From assembly GCF_009914755.1 (NCBI RefSeq), contig NC_060928.1: a stretch of 64,000 nt of DNA. One strand, given 5' to 3'. Below the pieces are notes generated by a model. That model had not been told where the DNA came from. It did no database searches and saw only the letters and a program-made list of their open reading frames with translations. Position 1 is the first letter of the stretch. Every line of letters starts with the position of its first letter. The stretch comes from the human T2T-CHM13v2.0 reference genome, Homo sapiens. Of this stretch, positions 15,890 to 29,597 are shown piece by piece. Made by a program: the position numbers and the translations under genes.

Positions 15890-16191
15890 GGCCAGGCACG
15901 GTGGCTCACACCTGTAATCCCAGCACTTTGGGAGGCTGAGACAGGTGGATCACGAGGTCAGGAGATCAAGACCATCCTGGCTAACATGATGAAACCCCGT
16001 CTCTACTAAAAATACAAAAAATTAGCCGGGCGTGGTTGCGGGCGCCTGTAGTCCCAGCTACTCAGGAGGCTGAGGCAGGAGAATGGCGTGAACCCAGGAG
16101 GTGGAGCTTGCAGTGAGCCAAGATCCCACCACTGCACTCCAGCCTAGGCAACAGAGCGAGACTCTGTCTCAAAAAAATAAAAAAATAAAAA
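15890..16191 (+). mobile_element. AluY inside MER41 internal sequence
   Basis: Y diagnostics 'gagatcaagaccatcctggctaaca', 'gaatggcgtgaacc', 'ggagcttgcag'; TSD aataagtgct. Confidence 0.92.
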
Positions 16192-16436
16192 TAAGTGCTT
16201 AAATCAAATATTTTCTCAGAAAAGTAAAAACTGCAATGCCTTTAATTCATGTGACTTAAGTAATCTTTGGGAAATAGAAACAGTTCTACATGCAAGGCAT
16301 GTAAGAAAAGTGAAATGTGTTTTTGGTAAAAGATTGTAGGAAGTCATGGGAATGTGTTTCTGTGTTTGTTTGTTTGTTTGTTTGTTTGTTTGCCTAAAGA
16401 GTTAAAGGATTATTTTAACTTAAATAGGATAAAGCC

Positions 16437-16740
16437 GGCCCAGGCACAGTGGCTCATGCCGGTAATGCTAGCACTTTGGGAGGCTGAGGCAGGCAGATCA
16501 CGAGGTCAGGAGTTCAGGACCAGCCTGACCAACATGGTAAAACCTCATCTCTACTAAAAATATAAAAATTAGCTGAGGGTGGTGGTGCATGCCTGTAATC
16601 CCAGCTACTCAGGAGGCTGAGGCAGGAGAATCACTTGAACCCAGGAGGCAGAGGTTGCAGTGAGCCAAGATCACACCACTGCACTCCAGCCTGGGCGACA
16701 GAGTGAAACTCTGTCTCAAATAAATAAATAAATAATAACA
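16437..16740 (+). mobile_element. AluSg-like inside MER41 internal sequence
   Basis: 'gatcacgaggtcaggagttc'; TSD taaataggataaagc at 16421-16435 and 16741-16755. Confidence 0.9.
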
Positions 16741-18122
16741 TAAATAGGATAAAGCTAAAAGTTTAAGTGTTTGTGAAAAATTAATCTTGTAAAAGAGATT
16801 CTGTGTGTGAACATATTGGCTAAAGTTAAATAGGTATTGTTCAATTTTTCCATAAACTGAACATTAAAATAAAAGCACAACAGGTTTTTCTTAGACTACT
16901 GATCTGCTCTTTTACAAAAATTGTAAAGGGTTACAAAAGGTTTATGAGAATCTTACCTTATGGTCAAACTGATTAAGATACAATACATTTGTCTATAAGG
17001 TTTTATTAAGAATTGGGTTTAACATCAATAATGCACTAATGCAATGATGAAATTTGGCTTATTTGGTATAAAAATCATACAGGAAGCATTCTCAAATATG
17101 AAATGGTGCTTGGCTTTCTTTGGGCTTTATTCGTATAAATGTGTTATTGGTACGTGTTCCAAAATTATGGGAAACTCTTATAATTCTGATATTACTTAGT
17201 GTATGCTATTAATAGTTATAATTGTTACATTACATTGATGTATGCCACAGAATTAACAAAATTCCTAGTCAATGGTGGCTTTAATAGAGGCTGCCCTAAG
17301 GCATTTTTTTCATCCACAGACAATCATCTTGTTTTGATCCTCTTTAGAAGGTGGTTTTATAATCAACTATAGAACTCTAACAGGCATTCTTAAATGCAGG
17401 TTTCTGATAACTTTGGAGATTATTAAATTAGAATAGAGGAAAAAACTTTCAGGACACTCATGGAGAGCTGAAATGTTCATGAATATCAAGCAGAACAGGA
17501 GTTAACTGCATGGACTAAACTAATAGAAGTCTGAAGTAATCTTTTTGACTTTTTGCTTAAAACATTGCTAATCCTTTGTTTTTGTTTTTCAGAGTCAAGG
17601 AAACTTTTCTTTTGAGATATTGACAGCTTTTACCAATTGAGTAATGTATATGCCTATGAACAAACTTTGGAGCATACATGTTTTTCTCTACTTGATTTCT
17701 CCAGAATATGGAAACTATTTGTTTTCTTAACTTATGGCAATATAGTTATTTGTATAAGCACAATAAGAATCTGTTTTCATTTGTAACAGGACACAATTGG
17801 AGAAACGGGTTATTTTACCAAGGATTTGACTGGAATGGTGTGCTTTCCTTTAAGGAATCAAACTCAACTTACAGAGCCAAGAAAAGCCCCTTGGGAAAAC
17901 TGGCCTCATACCTTGTCTACACAGTCCCTGTGTAGGTTCCTGACCTGTGGTGAGTGAAGAATGTCACTTTGTGACAAACCCAGGAGGCTTAAGTTATCTT
18001 GGGACATCAAGAGGAGAGGAATTTACCCAACTCATAGGTATTTGAGTATACAAAGCCATGGCTGGGCTCAGATTTTTTTTAAAAATCTTATCTGAGATTC
18101 CTTATGGAACAGAGTTCCATCA

Positions 18123-18455
<333 letters not shown>

Positions 18456-19694
18456 AAAAGAGCTTATGTGAAAAATAATCATTCTTGCTGAACTTTATAC
18501 AAATAATCAGGCCAAGTATAATAATGCAAATCAGTCTTACCATGATTTCTCATTAGTAAAAATGGGAAACTGGAGATAGAAAAATTATATTTCAAAAACT
18601 ATGGTACACTTGTTATTAAATTCTGGTCTCATCGGTTGTTTTTACGTTTTACGCTTTTGTCTATAATTTAGACTAACTAACTCTGCTTATTCCTGCACAC
18701 CAACCAGTGATCTCTAACTGCAGCTCAGAAAAAACAAGAGGAATGGGTAATGTAAAAATTCAGATCAGTATTCTAATTCTGGGCAGATACTGGAATCAGC
18801 TAGCAACCTCATATTAGCTTGGTTCCAGCAGTTGCCCAGTTCATGAAAAGCCTACCTATTTAGTTTATTTGGGATAATTTTCCTTTACTGTTGTGGAATA
18901 TATTGTTGTTGTACTCTTTGTGTAGGAATGCAGGATAAGCTTACTCAATGTTTTCTTAAATTGAACACTTATTAATCTTCCAGATATCACCTTTTATGAG
19001 AACTCAGAGTTACGAATTGCCCTCACCACACTGATGCTTTCTGACTGAGTTCCACTCTACCCTGAATACAAGAGGCAGGAATATCATTGCCCCTGTTCAG
19101 CCTGAAGAAGTTACAGAATATGGATCTTTATCCCTTTACAACCCTTAAGATTAAGGATTCTCTTATAAAAGGGAAGGGGGAAATGTCAGAGGTGTTTGAA
19201 CCAGAACAACCCCATTTTGAATAGGGGCTGGGTAAAATAAGGCTGCGACCTGCTGGGCTGCATTCCCAGATGGTTAGGTATTTTAAGTCACCAGATGAGA
19301 TAGGAGGTCAGCACAAGATACAGCTTATCAGGTCATAAAGACCTTGCTGATAAAACAGGTTGCAGTAAAGAAGCTGGCTAAAACCCACCAAAACCAAGAG
19401 AGTGACCTCTGGTCATCCTCCCTGCTACACTCCCACCAGCACCATGACAGTTTACAAATGCCATGGCAACATCAGGAAGTCACCCTATATGGTCTAAGAA
19501 GGGGAGGCATGAATAACCCACCCCCTTTTTTTTAGCATATCATCAAGAAATAACCATAAAAATGGGCAACCAGCACCCTCCAGGGCTGCTCTGCCTATGG
19601 AATAGCCATCCTTTTATTCCTTTACTTTCTTAATAAATTTGCTTTCACTTTCAAGAAAAAAAACCCAGCACGTTAATTTTATTATTGCAAGAAT

Positions 19695-20220
19695 CAAGCC
19701 ACAACAAAACCATGGTAATCAAGACAGTGAGGTGCTGGCTTAAAGATAGACATATAGATCAATGGAATAGAATTGAAAATCCAGAAATAAACCCTTACAT
19801 TTTTGACAAGCTTATAAAGACAATTCAATGGGGAAATAATAGTCTTTTCAATAGATGGTGCTGGGACAACTGGACATCCATATGCAAAAGAATGAAGTTG
19901 GACCATTACCTCACATCGTGCAAAAACTAACACAAAATGGATCAGAGACCTAAATGTAAAAGCTAAAGCTATAAAACACTTAGAAGAAATCATAGACATA
20001 AATCTTTGTCACCTTTAATTAGGCAATGATCTCTTAGCTATGATACCAAAAGCACAAGTGACAAAAGAAAAAAATAGATAGTTGGACTTCATCAAAATAT
20101 GAAACTTTTGTGCTTAAGGCCACACAAAGAATGGAAGAAAATACTTTTAAATCATATCTATGATGAAGGACTTGTGTCTTGAATAAAGAAGTCTTACAGT
20201 TCAGCAATAAAATAAAAATA
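19695..20220 (+). mobile_element. L1M ORF2 fragment
   Basis: [30 protein letters not shown]...[11 protein letters not shown] is ORF2p C-terminal region. Confidence 0.85.
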
Positions 20221-21385
20221 ACCCTGGAACCCAAATCTTGGTTTCTAATACCATTCTGCAATGGTATCAGTTAAAGGAAAGGGCTCCTGGAGAAATGGCT
20301 GATTCTAGGACTAATGCAAGAATATACAAGATAAGCATAGAACATTTTGTAGCTCCACAAAGTAAGAAAGTACTCAAACACCTCCCTGACAAGCACACAC
20401 ACATAATGATGGAGATACCAAGAACACAGGAGCCAACTGAAAGGACTCCCAATGACAAAAGCTGGAATAATTTGAGCAACAAGACAAATAAAGTAGTACT
20501 CAATTATAAACCAAAATATAAAATAAATATTCATTTGTCCATATGGATATAAATAAAGAAATGAGGGAAAAGAGACAAATCTCACATGCAGAAGAATTCT
20601 GCCATGGTTTGAATGCATCCCGAAGTTTATGTGTTGGATACTTAATCCCCAGTGCAACAGTGTTGAGAGGTAGAGCCTTTAAGATGTGATTAGGTCATGA
20701 GGGCTCTGCCTTCATGAATGGATGAGTGCCATTACATGGGAGTAAGATAGTTATTGTGGAAGTGGGTTAGTCATCACAGGAGTGGGTTCCTAATAAAAGG
20801 GTTAGTCTGGACTGCTTCCTCGTGCTCTCTTGTTTTATTACCTTTCACCATGGGATGACACATTAAGAAGACCCTGACCAGATGTGCCTCTTGATCTTGG
20901 ATTTCCCAGTCTCGAGCACTGTAAGAAATAAATCTCTGTTCTTTATAAAATATTCAGTCTATTGTATTCTGTTATAACAGCAGAAAATAGACTAAGACAA
21001 ATTTCAAATAATTTATGTAGAGATTCTGCCCTCAAAAGGCAGGTCATAACTCCTTAGACCTTAGAGGCAAGCTGTGCATAGTAACTTCCTTGCAAAGAGT
21101 ACGATATGGAAAGGGGTTGTGGAAGAAACTGGACAAATACTGCCTCAGCTAGATGATTCAGGTCAATATCAATGATAGGCCATGTCAATAGTATATGACG
21201 AAAATGGCACTTTTTATGGGTTTCCTCCCCAAACTCACAACCTCAATCTAATCATGAGAAAAACATCAGAAAATCCCAAAAGAAGAACATTCTGCAAAAT
21301 ACCTGACCTGTGCTCCCCAAAACCATGGAGGTCACCAAAAACAAGGAAGGTCTAAGAAACTGTCATAGACGAGAGGAGCCTGACA
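20221..21385 (+). mobile_element. L1MC-type 3'UTR interrupted by MSTD
   Basis: 'cccaaatcttggtttctaataccattct...gggctcctggagaaatggctgattctaggact', 'ctaatcatgagaaaaacatcaga'. Confidence 0.7.
20600..20999 (+). mobile_element. MSTD-like MaLR solo LTR
   Basis: TG...CA ends, 'taggtcatgagggctctgcc', AATAAA, 3' 'gactaagaca'; 5 bp TSD aattc/aattt. Confidence 0.85.
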
Positions 21386-22736
21386 GGTAATTTGGTATAG
21401 ACACCTCCAGCATACAAAATGGACCTTGTCAAAGCCTGTTGAATGACCTCTAACCAACTAGAGAAGGCAATGAAACCCAAGGAAATGACAAACAAGTTAA
21501 GCTCTAGAAATACCCCCATAAAGAAGAAGAAATTTTTGTCTTTCTGAATTTATCAAATAACAGGGATTATAATAGTAATATAGTAAATAAAAGGTTAATT
21601 AATTGTTAAATTATTAACCTTTTTTATTTTTATTATTTTAAAAGTTAGCATTTTAGAACCAATTATTATGTTCTGGTATTGAGTAAATTTCTTTTGTATT
21701 CATAATCTCACCTAAATCTCACCTTAGTAGAGGAACTATTACTATTTCCACTTTACACATGAAAGAATTGGGGCTGGCACAGTCTCAGCCCCTGCCAGAA
21801 TACTTTGCAAGGTGCTACCTTATAAAACAAATGATAAGACCCAACTCTGCTGTCAGGAAGCTATAATCCAGTTAGAACTAGAAATAAAAGGCAATGCCAT
21901 ATGTGATTAAATGCCAAATTAATTGTATAAACTATAAATGTTATAGGATTTCAGCGGAGAAAAAGATTGCCTTGGGCTGAAATGATCAGAGAAGACCATT
22001 GAAGAGGCAAGTTTTGGTCAAGACCCCAAAGGAGAAGATGGAAGATGGGAAGGAAGCCGATTCCAGGAAGGAGGGGAAGGCACCAAAGTGGGAGGAGAAA
22101 GAGCAGTCTGGCTATGTTGAAGTAGCTGAGTTTTTTTGCTAGGATAATGTGGGCGATAAGCAGAGATCAATTAGGCAAGTCCTTAGATTCCAAGTTAAGG
22201 AATTTGAATTCAACTCTATCTTGTACTGAAGGAGCAAGAAACTTTGAGCTTTAAGGGACCAGGTCAAGATAATACTGTGTTAATGAGACATCTTGAAAAT
22301 AATTTTCACTGTACAGGGCTGTTCAGGATTGAACTTTAAAGAGTTAAGGATTATAGCAGTTATTGAAATATGTATGAGGACTAACCATATAAGCAGCATT
22401 TTAGGACCATAAAGAACCTATGTAGAAGACAGGAGACTTCCCAAAAAAGGAAAGAGTGGTGTAAGCTGTTATCAATGACTCAAAAGAAAATCAAGTGCTT
22501 GTCTAATTTTCTTTCCCTGTGTCCCTTTTTTTTTCTGTTTTGCTGTTTTCCCATCTCTGTATTTTCTCCTCCTTTGCTATGACTCATTTCCATTTGCTCT
22601 CTCAATCTCTCTTTCACTCTCATAAATACTGAGCCCTCACTGTCTCTCCTCTGCACTTCCATTTCAATCCCTTTTTCTTTAAGCTCTCTTCCTCTACTCA
22701 TCTCTCAAAATGTTGATTTATATCCCACGTTCTCCC

Positions 22737-22748
22737 TGTGTGTGTGTG

Positions 22749-22794
<46 letters not shown>
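22737..22794. repeat. (TG)n microsatellite
   Basis: Directly visible. Confidence 0.95.
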
Positions 22795-22796
<2 letters not shown>

Positions 22797-23393
22797 GAAA
22801 GAAAGGTGAAAGTAGATGCTATTTCTACATGACTCTCTGTGTTGGCTGGGGGCAACAGAAGCTATAGGTGTTATTTAAATATTAGTCTCTTCTCCATCCC
22901 AAAATAAAGCAGAGGTGATTTGGATAAATTAGGGGAAAACTATAAGGAGTTACTACAGTATTCTGTAACAGAAAAGGAAAATCTCCTTTGTCCATATTAT
23001 TAGTTCAGGACAGAGTTATTCTCTATGAATTGGGATTAGTTATATCTCCTATAACTAAATTAATTTTTTAAGAATGGGGAAAATTATAGATTGAGCCTCT
23101 GATTAAAATATTTCAAGAACAGACAAGAAAAACCAACAAATAAATGTACTATAGGTGTCTCCTAGCTTTGGAAAAGAAAAGTGTGTATGCTTTTCAAAAC
23201 GTAACAACACACACTTGGGTGTAGCAACATTACTTGTGCGTACAGCTCTTCTGCTTCATGTCTTCTCTCAGTGTCCCCGACAGGGCAAGGCCCTCAAAGG
23301 CAAGAGTGCCCTAGACCGCAGAGAACACTGCACCAAGCTTGATAAGCACTCCTCCCTTTCAAATGTGGTTGGTATTGCAAGATTTTTTTTCTT

Positions 23394-23749
23394 TCTTTCC
23401 TTTTAATTTTCAATTTTTGTGGGTGCAGGGTAGGTATATATATTTAAGAGGTACATGAGATATTTTGATACAGGCAAACAATGCATAAAAATTATATCAG
23501 GGTAAATGGGGTATCTATCATCTCAAGCATTTATCCTTTCTGTTACAAACAATACAATTATGTACTTTTAGTTATTTTTAAATGTACAATTAAATTATTA
23601 TTGATTATAGTCACCCTTCTATGCTAACAAATACTAGATCTTATTCACTCTTTCTAAGTATTTTTTTGTAAGCACTAACCATCCCCACTTCCCCCAACCC
23701 ACCCCCAGCTGCCCTTTCCAGCTTCTGGTAACCATTATTCTACTCTCTA
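23394..23749 (-). mobile_element. L1MA2/3-like 3' end
   Basis: 'gtacatgagatattttgatacaggc...aaatggggtatctatcatctcaagcatttatc'; TSD caa(g/t)attttttttctt. Confidence 0.85.
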
Positions 23750-24114
23750 CAATATTTTTTTCTTAATTCAAAAGTATGCTGTTTAGAAAAAAAGAGAATA
23801 GATTCAGAAAGGACAGTTACTGGTGCAAAAGCAGGACAGAAATGCTTTTAAGCAAAGCAGAAACATAGACCAGGAGCTCTCTGTGAGCTGCTATGAGGGA
23901 GTCAATTTCTAAAACATTGTAACTGTTTGGCTTTAAAATACTAGGAAATTTTAAAATACCCTGTATCTCCAAGCATAGTCACGTAACAATGTTAACTTTC
24001 TTCTTATAACCTCAATACCTTTGGGAGTAACATGCAAATAAAATTTATTTAACAGATTATAAATAGATTTAATCTAAAGCAACATTCTCTGATGAATTTG
24101 TTAAGAAGTTCTGG

Positions 24115-24320
24115 AGGGTTTGCTATGTGCTGGGCACTGTGCTAAGCACTTGTCCACATCTAATCTTCATAATGGCTCCATAAGGCAAGGAACATTATGG
24201 CCACCTTATAAATGAGAACTGAGATGCAAAATGATTAAATAATTTGTCCAAGATTACACTGGTATGGAGCTGAGATTCAAACCTAGGCCAGACTCCATCA
24301 TACCCACTCTCTACTATTTC
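24115..24320 (-). mobile_element. MIR
   Basis: 'tgtgctgggcactgtgctaagcactt...ttaaataatttgtccaagattacac...gagctgagattcaaaccta'. Confidence 0.75.
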
Positions 24321-24751
24321 ATTGATGAGGGATTAAAAAAAGGTGAATCCACCTGACCAAAGTTGTGTTTGTAATCAATGATTCAACTAATGTAGTAGAA
24401 AGTCCTGAACTGAGTTCTGAGTTATGGCTTTGGTTCTGTCCCATCTTAGCTGTAGGAGGATGCTTGTCTGCCATCCACCTTGTATTGTCAAGGTCGACAT
24501 TATCAAAATGATTTTGCCAACATTCATTAAATTAATGCATGAGATGTCACCTCAGATCATTTTTTCAATCCATATGATTTTTCCCTGATTGAACTTCGGT
24601 GCATTAAGCTCTTTCCACCACTCAAGGCCTTAATGAAATGCCTTTGCCTGGAAGGCTCATCACACAACTGGAAATTTCTCACCCTCCATGTGTCTGTGTA
24701 GTGTCACCTCTTCAGAGGCTTCTCCCAGTCATTCTTAGTAAATTTGGTGCC

Positions 24752-25213
24752 TATCTGAAGGTATCTTTAGCCAGTAAGTAAATCTCTTATTGGCAGCAGA
24801 TGGTTGGGTCTTCTTTTTTAATCCAATTTTCCATAAAAAGGAATGAAATATGTCCTTTGCAGCAACATGGATAAAGCTGGAGGCCATTATCCTAAGTGAA
24901 CTAGCTCAGAAACAGAAAATCAAATATTGCATGTTTTCACTTATAAATAGGAGTACCATGGGTACACATGGATATAGAGTAGACTAAACAATGGGTACAT
25001 ACAGACAGAAAGGTGGAAACAATAGACACTGGGGATTCCAAACTGGGGGAAGGAGGGAATGGGATGAGGGTTGAAAGATTACCAATTGGATATAATGTTA
25101 AATATTTGGGAGACACGTACACTAGAAGCCCAATCCCCACCATTACAAAATATACCTATGTATCGAACATGCACACGTACCCCTTGAATCTAAAATAATA
25201 AAAATAAAAATAA
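24752..25213 (+). mobile_element. L1PB3/4-like 3' end with an inverted 5' segment (24752-24830)
   Basis: Sense 3' end 'ccataaaaaggaatgaaa...agaagcccaatccccaccattac...gaatctaaaataataaaa'; preceded by antisense L1 'ggcagcagatggttgggtctt...atccaattt'. Confidence 0.8.
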
Positions 25214-25319
25214 ATTAGTTGAATCATTGATTACAAACACAACTTTGGTCAGGTGGATTCACCTTTTTTTAATCCCTCTTCAATGAAATAGTAGAGAGTG
25301 GGTATGATGGAGTCTGGCC
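25214..25319 (-). repeat. Inverted copy of 24286-24391 (105/106 identical)
   Basis: Base-by-base reverse-complement comparison; one mismatch (cctcatc/cctcttc). Confidence 0.97.
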
Positions 25320-25851
25320 CTGTGACACTCTTTTGCAGCTCTCTTTTTATCAACTTCATATATTTTAACCTGATCGATATTTATTTGATATGTTTACTTG
25401 TGTATTGCTTGTGTCCCTTATTAGAATATAAAGACTACATCTGTCCTGTTCACCATTGTACCTTCCTTGAACCAGGCATAGCAGATAGCACATAGCAAGT
25501 ATGTGACCATCATCTGCTGAATAACAGAATACAGCTCATTCATTGTTCAGTGAAGATCTTGGCTGTCTTGGAAGTATTTTTCTGAATAAAAACAAATCAA
25601 CAAAAAAAAACAACAAGCACAAAAATATACATATTGGCATAGAAAGATTTAGAAGCAATTTACAACAATCCCATTTTTGTTAAAAAAAAAGTATACTTAC
25701 AAATATGTGAACATAAGAGGTTAAAAATGGATGCTTCTAATGGTGTGGGACTAAGAGTTTTTTCTTTTTCCTTACCTAATTTTCCTGTAATGAGCGTATA
25801 TATTGCTTTTGTAATGAGAAAACACAAAATAAATTTGGAGATTGGGTGTTA

Positions 25852-26319
<468 letters not shown>

Positions 26320-27564
26320 TCAAAATCTTGTAAGGTGAAAAAAAAAAAGGCAACTTCAATCCCCTGTTTCCATCTAGTTTCCTCACTTAAGATTCTCTTG
26401 GTAGAAAATCTGGAAGCACTCATCGCAAATGCCTTTACAACACTATGTTGAAAAATAAAGCTAGGTGGAGACGATAGACCTCCAAAGGGCAGATTTTCAT
26501 AGCACAATTGAGTATCTCTGAGCCTCAGTTTCCCCAACTATGATACAGAATAAACTAGACTGGAGCATTTCTAAGGTACTATCAGTTCTTATGATCTTAT
26601 CACTATATTGATTATATAATGGGTATAAGAGTTTATAAGCTTAAAATATCATAGATGGTAGAATAGAGAGAGAGAGAGAGAGATCGGACAGATAGATATT
26701 TCCATATACTGAATCTCTTTTGTACAGATGTATAAGTAGATTTTACTATATTTAACAATGCTAATGGATGCTAAAATCCACAGCATTTCCATAAAAAGCA
26801 ACACAAATACTAAAATAACCAACATACCCTTACCAAAAATGTTTAAAAGTGAAAAAAAAATCAAAAGTTCTGTCTGACAATTTCAAACATTCTCTTTACT
26901 AGAAATTGTTTTTAACAAAAGCTTAGGGAAAATTTATTCCATATAGGTTTAGAGAATTGGACATAATGTACAGAACTTGAGAGCACAAATTTCTGGTTAA
27001 GCACAGTTACCAATAAGTTCAAGCTTGGAATTTTTAAGAGCAAAAAGTAGGTAGACACTGGTAATTTCTCTTAAATTATAGAAAAAATTGTCTGGCACAT
27101 TGCAAATACCCAAAACTTTTTTTTGTTGGATTAATAAAGGAAAGAATACAATATAGTGAATACAAGGGCTCCAAACACACAAAATAATTCATTGCAATCA
27201 CACATTAGAAGAGACAGTTCCAAGTTTAGAGAATTACCCTCCTTGCCTCACTTTCAGCTCCTCTCTACTTTTTGTCAGCATATTTCTGCTGAGGATGGTC
27301 ATTTTACCTCATAAAGGTGTCCTCTCACTACCCTTGAAATAACTTACTCATAATATAGGAAGAGACAATAGACAGGGAAAATAAGTCAAACATTAAATCA
27401 GCAGTGTCAATATAACACATATTGTAAAGTTAGGAGTTTGGTCCCAGACCTCACAAACCCAGTTTAAGTACTGGCTCTAGCAGTGGACTTTAAGCAAATC
27501 ATTGACTCTCTTTGAATCTCAATTTTCTCAGATGTCTTACTCAGCTACTGATTATTTAAAGATT

Positions 27565-27984
27565 TTTTTTAAATAATAGGTTTGAGATATAACTCACATA
27601 TCACACAGTTCACCTATTGAAAGTATACAATTAAATGGTTTCTAGTGTAGTCATAGAGTTATGCAACTACCACCACAATTTTAGAATGTTTTCATTACCC
27701 CTATACCTATTAGCAATCACTCCACATTTCTCTCCATCCTCCCTCCCTCAGCCCTAGGAAATCACCAATCTATATTGTCTCTATAGATTTGCCTATTCTG
27801 GACATTGCATATAAACGGAGTTATACAATATATGGTCTTTCATAACAGGCATCTTTTACTTAGCATAGTGTTTTCAAGGTTCATCTATGTTGTAGCATGT
27901 ATCAATATTCCATTTTATTGATAAAATATACTCTGTTTTATGGATGTACAATGTTCTACTTATCCATTTATCTGTTGATAGATC
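27565..27984 (-). mobile_element. L1MB 3' end
   Basis: 'tgagatataactcacatatcacacagttcacc...ctatagatttgcctattctggacatt'; TSD-like ttta(a/g)agatttt. Confidence 0.8.
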
Positions 27985-28199
27985 TTTAGAGATTTTGTTA
28001 AATGGCTTCTGTTCCTTGGAGTAACATTAACTTAGGTGGGTTGCTTTTTTCCCTTTAGTTATCTACAACCAGTTTATAAATGAAATTCCTCATTAAAATA
28101 GGTAGTTAGCCAACACCAAGCAAATGTTCTTAAAATGCCATTATTGTCCTTTGCTCAAGCAGTTGTAGGATCCTGCCACATTTGTCATCTTGACCTCAT

Positions 28200-29150
28200 T
28201 TATGGCCATATATAGACACTGCCCACTACCAACAACTGCAACACCATCTAATCCTTGATTTCAATGGCTCTGCTCTGGTACCTTCTATGTTTTCAGTTGA
28301 CTTCCTCAACTACTGTCACTCCAGCAACTCTTTGCCCTCACCAGAATATCCAGTCCATCCACCCTCCAATCTTTTCACTGTCCAGCAATCCCTTCATGTT
28401 CCCTCTCTCTCTCTCTCTCTCTTTTTTTCTTTCCGACACACCAAGGTCCATGCAGGAAACTGCATGTTCTCATTTCCTTCCTTACCCAGCTTAGAAGCCA
28501 TGATCCATCATCATCATCATGATCATCATCATTCTCCTGCAGGAAAACTCCACTCCTAGTCCCTCTGCCCTCTGTTGTCCTTGCCCAGCAACGTTATAGC
28601 CCTGGTCTAATGCCCTGCCTACTCTGTCCCCAAATTTGAGAAACTGAACATGACTGGATAAAACCACCCAATATGCTGAGGGTCATTACTTTAAATGAGT
28701 GATCACAAATCTCAAGAGGGCTTCCAGTATGCCTGAAAAATCCTATTTCATTTCCTGTGTTTATTTACTCAGTTTCCTCTACAGCTGTTTCACACTTTCT
28801 TCCCTCTTCTTAAATTTCGAGCCTCTTGCCCTTTCTCACTCTCACTGATGAACTCGCTTTTTATTTCACTCAGAAAACAGCTGCAATCATAAAATAACTT
28901 TTTTGGCATTCCTTCAACAAATCTACCTTCATCTATATGCATATACTCTGCCAGAATCTTTCCAATTACAGCAGATGAACCAAGTTTGTCAGAGCGAGAG
29001 TATACATAACCACTGATGAAAGTTCTGAAAAAAAGATTTAGATAATCATGGAGATTTTAGAGTTAAATTAGTGTAAAGTATATAGAAAACTAATTTTAGG
29101 GCCATATTCTCCACTTGTATACTGGATCCCAACCCCTCTGGCATTCTGCA
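28200..29150 (+). mobile_element. L2 internal fragments
   Basis: 'aactcgctttttatttcactcagaaaacagctgcaatca', 'ctggatcccaacccctct'. Confidence 0.55.
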
Positions 29151-29479
29151 AAAAATTGCACAGCAAAAAAAAAAAAAAAAAAAAAAAGTAATCCTAGTTT
29201 ACTACCTGGCTTATCTATGGATAAGGTTTAATAGTCATAATAAAATAAACCTGAATATGGACCTAACAAAAATTATGGGGTTAGGCATCATCTATTAATT
29301 TCCCACCATGGAAGATGAAAATTTAGCTTTCTGTCCTTCCCCTCAGCCTCTCTGATAAATAAGAACTTAAGAAAGTAATTATCTCTACTCTGTCATCCCT
29401 TTCTCACTGTTCATAGGAGAGCCACATCAGAGCATTTTTGAGCATTTTCCTTCATGGGGAAGGCTCCAGGGTGGTTCTT

Positions 29480-29597
29480 AAAAAAATAAAGAAAGAAGAA
29501 AGAAGGAAAGAAAGAAAAAGGAAGAAAGAAGGAAAGAAAGAAAAGAAAGAAAGAAAAGAAAAGAAAAGAAAAGAAAAGAAAAGAAAAGAAAAAGAAA
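29480..29597. repeat. GA-rich (GAAA)n/(GAAAA)n microsatellite
   Basis: Directly visible. Confidence 0.95.

Larger units (their letters stand above)
24600..25510 (+). mobile_element. L2 3' end, split by the L1PB insertion
   Basis: 'gtcacctcttcagaggcttctccc' before and 'tagaatataaag...tgttcaccattgtacc...gcacatagcaag' after. Confidence 0.6.

Noticed and set aside
28500-28532. Poly-His (CAT)n ORF
   Set aside because: Short microsatellite inside an L2 relic.
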